Source: Mytilus edulis
Lineage: Eukaryota
Length of the DNA stretch: 64,000 nt
Direction of reading: 5' to 3'
Assembly (NCBI RefSeq): GCF_963676685.1
Contig: NC_092355.1
Location: forward strand, 1,054,001 to 1,118,000
Below the pieces are notes generated by a model, which did no database searches, was not told the DNA's origin, and saw only the letters and a program-made list of their open reading frames with translations. The position numbers and the translations under genes are program-made. Positions 42,663 to 54,800 of the stretch are shown here, one piece after another. The stretch's first letter is position 1; every line of letters starts with the position of its first letter.

Positions 42663-44638
42663 CACTACAAATGGTCAGAGTCTGAATTGACCAGTTTTTG
42701 TGCTCGACCAGTAAAATCGAGCACATATTTTACTCGACTAGTCTCTACATTGTCTCGACTGTACTTAACTGTACTTATGTGTACTCGACTAGGTCTCGAC
42801 TTTACTTAGTTAGTCCGATTCAGTACTTAATGATCTTGGTTTAGTCTAAAATGGTCTTGACCAAGGCTCGACCTGTCTCGACCTGTCTCAACTAGTCTTG
42901 GCCTTCAAATTTAGTTTTGACTGTTGTAAATCAGCCAACCTAACTAAAATAAATATTGATCTTACAAAATCCAAGCTTCATTTGTTGTTTGATTTAATGC
43001 TGTGAAATGAAAGAATTTATTACATAAATTCAGATAGTCATCCCATGTCATTTTGTTCTTTGATGAATTGCTGTAAAATAAAAGATTAAAATTAATCCTG
43101 GTAAAAAAAGCTAGGGTATTTCAATTTGGACAAAATAGAGATAGTACACTTTAATTTTTTTAATAAGTTTTTCAAATCAACTTTGATTTTTTTCAAAATA
43201 TGCAGCTATCTCAGATATATATGAAGCTTACTGAATCCCAAGTCATTTTGTTTTCTGTTGTATTGCTGTCAAATTTAAGAATTAAATTAATCTAAGTAAA
43301 CAAAGCTAGAATTTGTAGTTCGGACAAACAAAAATAAAGTGTACTATCTCTATTTTGTCTGAATTCAAAAGTTATGCTTTTTTTTACCAAGATTAATTTA
43401 ATTCTTAAATTTTACAGCAATACAACAAAAAACAAAATGACCTTAGATTCAGTAAGCTTAATATATATCTAAGATAGCTGTATAGTTTGATGAACATCCA
43501 AGTTAATTTGAAAAAGATATAAAAAAAAATAAAGATTCCTATCTGAATTGAAATAAGAATTTTTAGTTTTACCTATTGTAAAATTAAATTCTCTTATTTC
43601 CCAGCAATAAATCAAACTACTAAAGAAGGTTGCATTTTGTAAGATCAATATTTGATTAAGATGGGCTAATTTACACCAGTCAAAACAAAATGTGAAGGTC
43701 AAGACTATTCGGGACAGGTCGAGACTGGTTAAGACTAGTCGAGACTAGTCGACACAGGTCGAGACAGGTCGAGCCTAGGTCAATACGATTTCTGACTTAA
43801 CCAAGATCATTAAGTACTGAATCAGACTAATTAAGTTAAGTCGAGACCTAGTCGAGTACACTGAAGTAAAGTTAAGTATAGTCGAGACAATGTCGAGACT
43901 AGTCGAGTAAATTATTTACGAGGGTATCACCAGCCCAGTAGCCAGTACTCCGGTACTGGCATGAAAATACGGATTTTTTTGTGTTGTTAAATTTGCTGTT
44001 ACAAAATATTAAAAATTATTATAAATTAAGGAATGTATCTCCCTCATGCACAGCTCTGATTCCTTTCACGGATTTGGCTATACTTTTTGGATTTTTTGGA
44101 TTATAGCTCTTCATCTTTTATATAAGCTTTGGATTTTACATAGTTTGGCCACGAGCATCACTGAAGAGACACGTATTGTCGAAATGCACATCTGGTGCAG
44201 AATAATTGGTACCGTTAATGTTATTACTACCACTGGGTCGATGCCTCTGCTGGTTGACTGTTAGTCCCCGAAGGTATCACCAGCCCAGTAGCCAGTACTC
44301 CGGAACTGGCATGAAAATACTGATTTTTTTGTGTTGTTAAATTTGCTGTTACAAAATATTAAAAATTATTATAAATTAAAGAATGTATCTCCCTCATGCA
44401 CAGCTCTGATTCCTTTCACGGATTTGGCTATACTTTTTGGATTTTTTGGATTATAGCTCTTCATCTTTTATATAAGCTTTGGATTTTACATAGTTTGGCC
44501 ACGAGCATCACTAAAGAGACACGTATTGTCGAAATACGCATCTGGTGCAGAACAATTGGTACCGTTAATGTTATTATGCTCAATTTTATTGGTCGAGCAC
44601 AAAAACTGGTCAATTCAGACTCTGAGCAGTTTGTAGTG
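42663..44638. mobile_element. Non-autonomous CACTA/EnSpm-like foldback element
   Basis: Termini CACTACAAA...TTTGTAGTG, imperfect inverted arms of ~300 bp with many TCGAC/GTCGA subrepeats, flanks ATC/ATT. Confidence 0.75.
43917..44574 (+). mobile_element. Retrozyme (350-nt unit, ~1.9 copies) nested in the CACTA-ended element; hammerheads at 44155-44198 and 44505-44548 (second core mutated)
   Basis: Same family as 20772-21211. Cores CUGAAGA and CUAAAGA are 350 nt apart. Confidence 0.82.
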
Positions 44639-47574
44639 ATTACCAGGAACATACACTAATTATAAATGTAAGGTTTTTTACTATTTATTAGTACAAACGT
44701 CTGTATGATGATCACCTACATGACCATCAATTATAATTTGAGACACCAAAATCGTGTTTAATATCATCTGGTATCACGGGGTTATATTGACGTGCAAATA
44801 AAAATATAATTAATATAACCTCCACACCGATGTAAACAGGACAAACTAAAACAAAACTAAAAAAGTTCACTCGTTTCAGACATAAACAGATTAAAAAAAG
44901 ATGAATAATGAAAATATTGAATCCATTCGAATATAAGATAAACGTCTCGTGTATATTATAGTGTAGACGACATCTAATTAACTATAGTGTTTATCTTCGT
45001 GCGATTTTATTAGGTATGTTATCATTCATGTTAGTGACGAAAAATATATGTTACTTATCGTTTTTAATTGTATAAGAATTATTTGTTTTGGATCGAATCA
45101 GGCAATCTAATAATCTTTTTATTTTGTTCCACTTTCAATGTTAAAACTCGTTTCATGTTAGACATGTAACACTGATGCGTAGTTCGTCTCAAGCGAAAGG
45201 ATAACATTGAAGGTAACATGAATATAAATTCAACTAGGTTGAATCATTCACTTGTTGCATCAACGATTTTTCTTATCTTATTTCAACAAAATTGACCGCA
45301 CTGGCGTTGTTAAAAGCGAAAAATCATTTAGTGTTTCACTAATAATAATGATTGAATACAAATGAATAGATATCTTGTAGCCGGTGCCCATCTGATTATG
45401 TAAACAAACTTATCAGTAATGCCAGTTTTATAATTTTGGTATGCTAAACGGACATTTTGTCTACATCAGACTAAACATAACTGCTTGTATCAATACCTAG
45501 TCAAATACAATGACGTTAAAGAGCATAATACATGTATTAATACACAAATCGTTTCAAATACTAGTACACCCGAAACAGCGTATACATTATAAAATGTATC
45601 TTTACATAGATCCTGCTGACTGAATTCCTTTTATTCCTTTTTTCCACAAGGTGACATATCAGTATAAACTTGTCTATTTATTACGTTAGAGAAATCTATA
45701 TGATAGAGATAAATGGTGTCATATCTTTATTTGTGTCATGGGAGTTTCTATTTCAGATAACTTTGTTATATTTTCATTATGTGATGAGCAATATACTAGA
45801 TATCAGTGTTTTGAATTTCGAAGGAAACTTTGACACTTAGTACAGATTAAAAACACTTTACAAAAACACTTTATGAATGTGTACTCATAATGTTCAACTT
45901 ATAAACAAATCTCTTAAGTACCCAGCTTTTTTCTTAGATTTAATTGAATAACCCGACATCTTAGAATGAATACAAATAATATTAACACAAACAGACATAA
46001 TACATACATTTGATTTTGGATAAAATTGAGAATGAAAATGAAAAATATGTCAAAGAGACAGCAACCTAGTCAAAAAGAAGAAAACGATCGGAAACCATTT
46101 TTGAGTCCTTAACACAGCATGGAAATATCGCACCATCAGGCTTGCTTCAGCTGGTCCCTTAACCCAATTGTGTACTAGTTTAGATAAATGAACGTCATAA
46201 AAAACCGAAATATATATATGAACTAAAATCAAAAATCAGACAAACAAAGGTCAGAGACTGTACAGAAACATTGTTTTTATTATAAGACTGTTCGTTTTAC
46301 AATGTTTTATTGTTTGAAGTTATAAAGTTAAAAATTAACACTTAATACTAAAACATGATAAAATCGTCCAAATATTTTCATCGATTAAAAATGCGAATTC
46401 AGAACAAAATTCTAATTTGGGGAAACACCAAATATCGATGTATTTTTTCTTTTTTGGGGTTGCGTTATAAAAGATGAAAAAGTACATGCAACAACAACAG
46501 CATGATGATAATTATATAAAAATAGGCAGATAGCGGCAAAACAGCAGTCAAATTTATTATTCAATGTAAAGCACTACAACCTGAAAATGTGAACCCCTCC
46601 AAGAACTGACAGTGATTGCATGTGCTTTAGAGAAAAATCAGATCCTTCACCACATGTTACGCACCTCTTTTGCTTATGGTATCACACTCTTAGAGATGAT
46701 TCTATTCGGTAGGTTGCTTACGAGAAATAGAACTGTTTTGGTTTTTGATTTTTTGTATTTTTATTTTTGAAAATACGTAAAGACACACAGAATGTCTACC
46801 ACAGCAAAATACATACTTATTTAAACGATAGAATTTAAACATCCATTACAGAACTTGTCTTAACATTGGTATTTACCTAGATTCATCTTTTTTTTAATTT
46901 TTTCGTATCGGCTAACATATCATCAACTTTACCAACTTAATTATCAGTAAAGATTTTCTAGCAAATTTGTACTTATACTACAAGACATTAATTGAGCTGT
47001 CGTTTGAAGTAAGAAACAAGAAAAGTTCCCCATGACACATAACATCATTAACAATTACAGTTCATCAAAGGGGAAAATATATATTTACTTAGATGATTCT
47101 GTAGCGGGTCAATTGGCGAAAAGGGCAGAAACACATACACCGAAAACTTTGGATATAAAATCCCGAAGTATTAAACTAAAACCTCTGGCAACACCCTTAC
47201 AATGAACTGAAAGAAGGGGTTCTTGATACTGACAGCAAACAATTCATATTTAAAGTTGCAAATACTTTATTTCTGACAAAAGTATATATATATAGCATAA
47301 CAATAACATAACAGTGGCATATATTTGAGATCACAATTTTAGTCAAGCTCAAGACCAATAAGAAAAACAACTTGCAAATTTATCAATAATAAGTACACCT
47401 TTAAGTGAATTTCCAGACAACTATTGCCTAGGGTATCTTTTCAAAGGTTGATCAAAAATACTAAAACTACTCATAAAGAGTATAACTACTGTAACATTAA
47501 CTGCTATGATGTTCTCTCGTTTGTTGAGAATAAGAGCAGATATGGACAAAAATATTATATGTACTCATGTATCC

Positions 47575-47737
47575 AAGTACATCTGACCTCACAGAACAAA
47601 ATAATGGGTATTTATGTATTAAAAGTACATCTGACCTCACAGAACAAAATAATGGGTATTTATGTATTAAAAGTACATCTGACCTCACAGAACAAAATAA
47701 TGGGTATTTATGTATTAAAAGTACATCTGACCTCACG
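47575..47737. repeat. 48-bp tandem repeat (~3.4 copies) inside the LTR; also at 58386-58548
   Basis: Unit AAGTACATCTGACCTCACAGAACAAAATAATGGGTATTTATGTATTAA. Confidence 0.9.
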
Positions 47738-48783
47738 CTAATTATACTGGGACATAAATCATGAAAATGAATATTATAATTGTAAGAACTAGAATTTTGC
47801 TTAAACAGTGTAATTGCTTCCACAGGCTAACACTATAGTCTAGATTTCCAAACTTGGTTATTACAAAGTTTACTTATGGGCAATTATGCGACTTATTGAA
47901 AGCTTTTAATGATGGCAAGAATTTAGTAGAGACTTTGTATTAGCTTCCTTTTACTAAAAACGTAAGTCTCACAATTATGATAGAGTTTAGCAAAGACTTT
48001 GTATTAGCTTCCTTTTACTAAAAACGTAAGTCTCATGTTCCCCTGACCTTTATTCTTAACAGTGAACTTTAGTGAAGTTAAAATCAAGAACTATAATTTT
48101 ATTGCAATAATGTTTGTTGAGACATTGTTTTAGTATCCTTTGGCTAAAAACGATTGTCTCAAAAGTGATCAGAAGAAAATGACAAGATATGGCAAGTAGT
48201 ACAATCATCTATTTTACTAACAATGTTCCTTTAAAGTTTTGACTGACTATACATGTATAGATATTTGATTACAAAATGATGACTTGTATTATTGTACAAA
48301 ATGATTGGCTAACTGTTTTAGTCTTTTAACCAAAAATATGGAAGATTTGTACTAGTTTCCTTCACTAGTAATGTGTATTTCTATGTTTATCTCATTGTCT
48401 GAAAACCCTATTAGAACCCTTAATTGTGCAAAAGACTTAAATTTACTGAATCACCCTTTATAAGTGACATGAAAATTCTATATAAGTATTGTCAAAATTG
48501 TTCCGTTAAGTTACATGAAAACTTCAGACAGTGATTCGGCAAAAAGTATTATTAACGTACGAAATTTCTCATCAGAAAAATATGTATACGTAAATTCTAT
48601 GGTTTATGTATTGTAATTCAATTTAAACCATTATTATTAAACAATGACAAATTCTCATAATTTTCCTAGATTCCTCAAGTTTTCCGTGAAATTTTGGTAA
48701 AATATTTGCGTAAATCGTTTTTAAACAATTATGTGCACTTTAAAATGTTAAAAACTTTACAAAAAGTAAAGTAAATCTATTAT

Positions 48784-48962
48784 TCTTACTTTCAAAAGAA
48801 TATCTCCTTATTATTTTATCAACGTCTTAGCCAGAATGACGTCAGACTCGCGTTTTGGGGTTTTATACTTGTACTTAAAAATTGTGCAAGTTTTGTGCAT
48901 TTTCCGTGCAGTTTCTGTGCGATTTTCTACCGCGCAACTGCAAGATTGGACAGTAAACCAAT
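48784..48962 (-). promoter_or_regulatory. LTR core promoter: CCAAT motifs, TATAAAA at -30, Inr TCATTC (+1 = 48837) overlapping a CRE palindrome, splice donor GTAAGA at +49
   Basis: TATAAAA begins at 48867, exactly 30 nt upstream of the A of TCATTC. TGACGTCA at 48837-48844. CCAAT motifs near 48945-48962. Confidence 0.6.
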
Positions 48963-49670
48963 GGAAATCATTTGCGGCATTTCTCACTTCGGCCGTTATG
49001 AAATGTTTATATTTATTAAATAGATATACAAAAATCATTCTCAGCGACTTTATATTTGCTAAAATGTTTGTTCCGTAAATAGAATATAATAATAAAATTT
49101 CTTTCGATTGAGCTAAAAATACTCGTGACCTTCCGTAATCGTTCGACCAATGAAAACGCTTCATTACCGTTAACTGAAGATGGCGCTGAAAGGAAGCCAG
49201 GTGCTTGTCTGTCAACGAATTTCGACAAGTTATGTAGTTAAACAAAATGTTCTGACATAAAACTTGTAATTCCCTATACCGAAATGACTTGAGGAAACTG
49301 TACAGATAAGTAAGTTCACATGACACAATCAAAAAATGTACATACGAGTAAAAACAACACTCGGTTCAATGAAAGTAAATAAATACGGGGATCGTCTCAT
49401 AACAGTAAATAACAGATTCCATAGTAAACAGTAGATACAATATTCTATAATAAAATGACTGCATTATAACCTATTCTGCCAGTTATTAGTTATTTGAATC
49501 TGAATAAAAATTATAGAAATAATCCTGAAAAGGGAATGCACTGATTCTATCTTTGTCTCTGAATAAGTAGAGTGAAATTTAGAATTGAACAGCATACAAT
49601 TATACACATTTGAAGTTTTAAGAAAAGTAGTTATTATAAGTACAATTGATAAATGGTACCCGTCACATTA

Positions 49671-49680
49671 CCCCCCTTTT
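49671..49680 (-). other. Polypurine tract of copy 1
   Basis: AAAAGGGGGG, then TAA, immediately before the TG of the 3' LTR. Repeated at 60482-60491. Confidence 0.9.
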
Positions 49681-49973
49681 AGAATTTGTGTCCCTACAAA
49701 TTGGTTATGATAATCAATAAATAAAAGAATTTGAAAACCATAAGAACAATATGATATAATGGTACTAAATGTACACGTAAAGTTTTCTCCAATTTGAATT
49801 TCATAAAACAAAAAAATCAATTACTACCAGACTTTTTGTTTGAATTTAAAAACCAATTTTTCTATATTTACTCTATCCTAAATATATTCAATTAAATACC
49901 TAATTATATAAATAATCATTATTCATGTACAAACAAAATCACAAGAAAGAAAAATATATAACACAAATACAGT

Positions 49974-51059
49974 TCAGGTTCTTTTGGTATATCTTGGCAT
50001 GGGTGTAATACTCCTTCTTTGGGCTGGCCGGTAAGGAGAATATCTGTTCCTGTTGTAGTGACGGGCTGGAGAGGCATTCCTTTGTCTGTTCTCTGTGTTT
50101 TGACCTCGAACTACAGACCGTAGTCCGGTCACCTGACTAGTCAGTCGTACAATTTCCTTCTGCATGTTTTCCATGTTAGTTGTCATAGTACTGGTAAAGT
50201 TTGTAAATTTTTTTGTTAGTTCCTCCAACAAAACCTTATGGGAGCATGTGCTTGAAGATGATGATGATGATGATGAAGAGGATGAAGATTTTCTTTCAGA
50301 ATTATTTGTTGGAACCATGTTCCATTCTTCAGCTGGATGTGTGTTTGTGGTGATGGTAGTAGTTGTCTGCTCGAACACAAACTCGTCTGGCTGTGACTGT
50401 TGCTCTTCCTCCAGCTCTTCCAGTTCTCTTTCGCGGGCTATGATTTTCCTTATAGGGGAGGAGAGTGGTGTACCCACTGGTTCAGGTCTTTCCTCCACCA
50501 CTTCTGCTTCCTGCACTACATCTACCACTATTTCCTCCACCACTTCTGCTTCCTGCACTACATCTACCACGATTTCCTCCACCACTTCTGCTTGCTGAAC
50601 AACGTCTACCACTTCTGCTTCCTGCACTACTTCAACCCGACATACTGCCTCAGCTGGTTGTACCACAGGAGTTGGACCAAATGTTGGAGTATATCCTCTG
50701 GTCCTTATCAACGATTCACCGCGGGTCATCTTCTCTAGGTCTAAACCTATTACGGATCGGTATGGTAAGGGACTCTTTTTGATATATGCTCGGTCTCCCT
50801 GGTACTGACCCCTATTGATCATCTCTTCCTTCTGTATCTGGTGGGGTCGGAAGTACTGGCCATGCTTTATCATCTCGCTTTCCTTGCCACATCGGAAAAG
50901 GCATAAGGTGCAATAATATGGCACTACTTCTAAAGGCACATGTAGTTTCCAGATGTGGCCTTCAACACGGTGTTTTTGACCAATGTAACCATCTTGGTCA
51001 ATACATTTGAGGCAGCGATATAACCTTCGGATTTGTTTGTTGTTTAGATTGTCTGACAT
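49974..51059 (-). CDS. ORF3: 361-aa protein with two C2H2-like zinc fingers, acidic Val/Glu repeats, poly-Ser, coiled-coil-like segment and Arg-rich C-terminus
   Basis: C-x2-C-x15-H-x4-H and C-x2-C-x12-H-x6-H. ATG at 51059 follows the acceptor TTTTTATTGCAG|A. A long open frame within AT-rich flanks. Confidence 0.85.
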   Translation of the reverse strand: MSDNLNNKQIRRLYRCLKCIDQDGYIGQKHRVEGHIWKLHVPLEVVPYYCTLCLFRCGKESEMIKHGQYFRPHQIQKEEMINRGQYQGDRAYIKKSPLPYRSVIGLDLEKMTRGESLIRTRGYTPTFGPTPVVQPAEAVCRVEVVQEAEVVDVVQQAEVVEEIVVDVVQEAEVVEEIVVDVVQEAEVVEERPEPVGTPLSSPIRKIIARERELEELEEEQQSQPDEFVFEQTTTTITTNTHPAEEWNMVPTNNSERKSSSSSSSSSSSSSTCSHKVLLEELTKKFTNFTSTMTTNMENMQKEIVRLTSQVTGLRSVVRGQNTENRQRNASPARHYNRNRYSPYRPAQRRSITPMPRYTKRT

Positions 51060-51823
51060 TCTGCAATAAAAATAAAAATATAAAGTATGTTGCCAGTGGC
51101 ATTGCACTTTATAAAGAGCTAGACCAAAACATATAAGGTTCCAACTTTGGTTCCTTCTGTTAAGGTTGAAGTTTTTCCTACATTGATAATTTATTTATTT
51201 TATAAGTATGTTAAAATTCAGCATAGCACAGCATTATTTTTATTTGGTACCACACGACTTTACAAAATAAAACAAATTGTACTAAATCTTGCCACTTATT
51301 GTCATTTTTACCTAAATTCTTAATACACCCCATTTATGTTAAGGCCTGAGAGATTATTATATTAAACGCATTTCCGTTTTGTGACAGCAACTCAAAGACA
51401 GAAAACAAATTATTAAATGACAAATTAGGAAGTATCCTAGCGTTTATTTTATTTTTACAAAGGCTGGTATTAACACACTAATTCAAATAGTGTGTACATA
51501 ACTATATACAAAGAAAAACTAAGTACCTAATGTTCCCAAATTATATTATTGGGAGACTATCCTTAACAAAAAAAAAAACATCATTTAATCCTACATTCAA
51601 TTAAAACTAAAAGATTAACTTGAGTACAATCTTGAGCTTGACTATTCCTTATCACATTTAAATTTTATGTACAACTTTATCAGTTTATTTACATTTGGAA
51701 AGAAACATTTTGAAAACATACAAAATGTACACACATAAAAAGAAACAATCATGTAAAATACTTGATCAATACAAGTATAAACATATAACTTATGTCGTAC
51801 ATGTACATGTATAGCATTTAATA

Positions 51824-54800
51824 TCATTTATTCTGAGTTTCAACTTGTTTAATCCATTTTTGGGTGCTAGTCCCTTTATATGGCTTTAGTTTGTTATGGT
51901 TGACCACTTTTTTGGTTCCTTTTGCATCTATCTGTATTTGATAATTTAGGTCATTGTATCTGTTTACTATCAGACATGGACCCAAAAATAAAGGTTGTAA
52001 CTTGAAACAACTTCCTTCTCTCCTTGTTTCGTTTAGGTACCACACTTTGTCAAACTTTTGGTATTGGACAAGGTTGGCTTTGACATCATAGTGATCTTTT
52101 CTTTTTCTAAGGTTAACTTCCAAATGTTTTCTGGCTACTTGATGGGCTTTCTGTAATCTCTCTCGTACTTTAAGCGCATGGTTTCCCCATGTTCCCTGTT
52201 CAGTTTCTGAAACAAATTCTGTTCCTTCTCTAGTTAGCTCATAGGGAAAACGAATTTCTCTGCCTAACATCATTACATTGGGAGTTAAACTAGTCGTATC
52301 ATGTGGACAAGCTCTATATGCACTCGCAAGGCATCCAAGATTAAGATCCCAGTTCGTCTGCTCTCCTCTCAAATAAGATTTTATCATAGAAACCAAAGTT
52401 CTGTTAAAACGTTCAACTTGACCATTGCACTTTGGATTACGGGGGCTTGTCCTTGTCTTGCGTATATCTAATATACTACACAATTCTTGGAAAATGTCGC
52501 TTTCGTAATTCCGACCTTGATCAGAATGTATGGCCAAAGGGAAACCAAAACGACAAATTACATCATTCAAGATAATATTAGCGCATGTTGTAGCTGTTTG
52601 GTCAGGAACTGGAAATACTTCAACCCATTTAGTAAAGTAATCCGTAACTGTTAAGATGTACCGATTATTCCTGGGAGTAAGCGGCAATGGCCCAAGGAGA
52701 TCAGTTGCAAGTCTGTCGAGGGGCCCTCCAACTGGCATTTTTCCCAACGGAGCCCTCAATAATTTTTGAGGAGGTTTGTTGGCCCCACAAATGTCACATT
52801 GGCTTATCCAAATTTGTATGTCTTCTTTCATCTCGTACCAGTAATACCGTTGACCTAATTTTTCCTTTGTTTTGTTTTTGCCTAGATGTCCTGACAAAAT
52901 TGAGTTGTGCATGTTATTTAGTACTTCCTTTTTCATCTTGTCTGGAACTAAGAATTGTCTGTAGTCTCCTGAACCATCTCTTCGGCTGTACTGCTTAAAC
53001 AGCAGACCATCTTTCTTAACAACTGATTCCCATAGGTGCCAGTAGTGTCTGGTAGCAGCACTGTATTTTTCTAATTCTTTTGAATTAGGTCGAGTGTCAC
53101 CTTCCTTCCACTGTAAGAGAGGTCCGATATCTGAGTCATCTTCCTGTAGTTTTAATAATTCTTCTTTTGAGTGTCCATTACTCCATGTTGTCCATATATT
53201 ATCATCTGAAGTCTGTTGTCTTGTTTTTACTGCACAAATCTGTATAGGTTCTCCACCATCTTTGTTTTTAGTTGGATCTTCAATATTTTCCTCATGGATT
53301 TCTGGCGATAGCAATCTTGTACTCTGCATTTCTATGGCACGATTTCGACACTTCTTACAGGGACCACATTTTAGGTACTCCAAATTGTCTACATCCGCAC
53401 ACTCACAATCTTTTGGATTATAACATCTAGACAAAGCATCAGCATTCCCATGTTTACTACCGGGGCGATATTCAATGGAGAAATCGAAATTGGATAGAAT
53501 TTCTAACCATCTAGCTATTCGACCTTTAGGCTCTTTCATGCTAAAAAGCCATATCAATGCCTGGTGATCAGTACGTACACAGAATTTACGTCCTAGCAGA
53601 TACTGCCTGTAGTATTCAATAAAGTAGCGTACTGCTAAAAGCTCTTTGTCCGTTATACAGTAGTTGCGCTCTGCCTTATTAAGGGTACGACTACCATAGG
53701 CTATAACTTTCAATGTACCATCCTGTATCTGACTTAACACTGCTCCAATAGCTGTGTCACATGCATCTGTGTCCAAATAGTATTCACCTTCATCTCTGGG
53801 AAAAGCCATAATATCTGTACTAGTGAAAGCTTGTTTTAGTTTCTCAAAAGCAATTTGGCATTCCTTTGTCCACTCAAATGACTTAGATTTCTTGGTCAGG
53901 TCAGTTAAGGGTTTTACCATGGCTGACAAGTCCTTAATAAAACGTCTGTAGTAGCTACCCATGCCTAAAAGTTGTCGTACTTCAGTGACGGTTGTTGGTA
54001 CAGGCCAAGATAAAATTTTTGCTGTATTGTCCGGATTTGGACGAATTCCTTCATCCGAAACCACATGACCTAGAAAAGTGACCTCTGACTTCAGGAGTTC
54101 ACATTTCTCTGGTTTTAATTTCAACCCCGATTCCAAAATTCTGTTTAAAACTGTATCTAGCCTTGACATGTGTTCTTCGAAACCGTTACTAAATACAATG
54201 ATATCGTCTAGATAAATTAGACAAATTTGCCATTGAAGCCCATGAAGTACAAGTTCCATCAATCGTTGACAAGTAGCTGGACCATTGCAGACTCCAAATG
54301 GCATCGTCTTGAACTCATACAGACCATATTTGGTTACGAATGCTGTCTTGGAAATATCATCTTTCTTCATGGGAATTTGGTGATATCCACTGGTCAAATC
54401 GAAGGTCGACATCAAGGTGGCGCCACCTACGGCATCCAGACAGTCTTGTATTCTCGGAATAGGAAATGAGTCCAGCCGAGTAAGGGCGTTCAAAAATCTG
54501 TAGTCACAGCACGGGCGAATCTTCCCGTTTTTCTTGACCACTAGCTGTAATGGACTTCCCCAAGGTGAATTTGACTTTTGTATGATCCCTTGATCTAACA
54601 TTTGTGTTATGGCTTTCCTCTCGTCATTGGCAAAAGCAAGTGGAACTCTTCGTGGTGGTTGTTTAACTGGCTTGGCTTCACCGGTGTCAATTGTATGTTC
54701 CACTAGGTGTGTCAGCCCTAGGTCTGTATCATTTACTGAAAATGCTGCCGAATATTTTTGCAAAAGACTAACTATAGCCTCCTGTTCATCTTCTGGACGG

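Larger units (their letters stand above)
5090..47099. repeat. Tandem segmental duplication array, about five blocks (A ~5.1-16.0, B ~16.0-25.9, C ~25.9-32.9, D ~32.9-35.9, E ~37.4-47.1 kb)
   Basis: Collinear anchors: GAACTAT..ATGGGTA at ~7856/18203/29083/34579/39591; GCTCGAAGGAAGATA at ~9595/20453/30511/41669; TTGTCATGGGAG at ~5887/16850/26963/32975. Confidence 0.9.
47100..49667 (-). repeat. 3' LTR (2,568 bp)
   Basis: Minus strand starts TGTGACGGGT and ends ACCCGCTACA (imperfect terminal inverted repeat). Matches 57911-60478 at offset 10,811. Confidence 0.95.

Noticed and set aside
47424-47823. Repetitive ORFs in the LTR
   Set aside because: Products of the 48-bp tandem repeat.
48811-49332. 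173-aa ORF inside the LTR (and its copy at 59622-60143)
   Set aside because: TTG start, no recognisable motif, and it lies mostly upstream of the predicted TSS. Its duplication only reflects LTR identity.
50164-50782. Plus-strand ORFs of 105-144 aa over ORF3
   Set aside because: Antisense shadows of low-complexity ORF3 codons.
49974-51107. ORF3 as an envelope gene, or starting at 51107
   Set aside because: No signal peptide or TM anchor is visible. The upstream TTG extension is the polypyrimidine tract of the splice acceptor.
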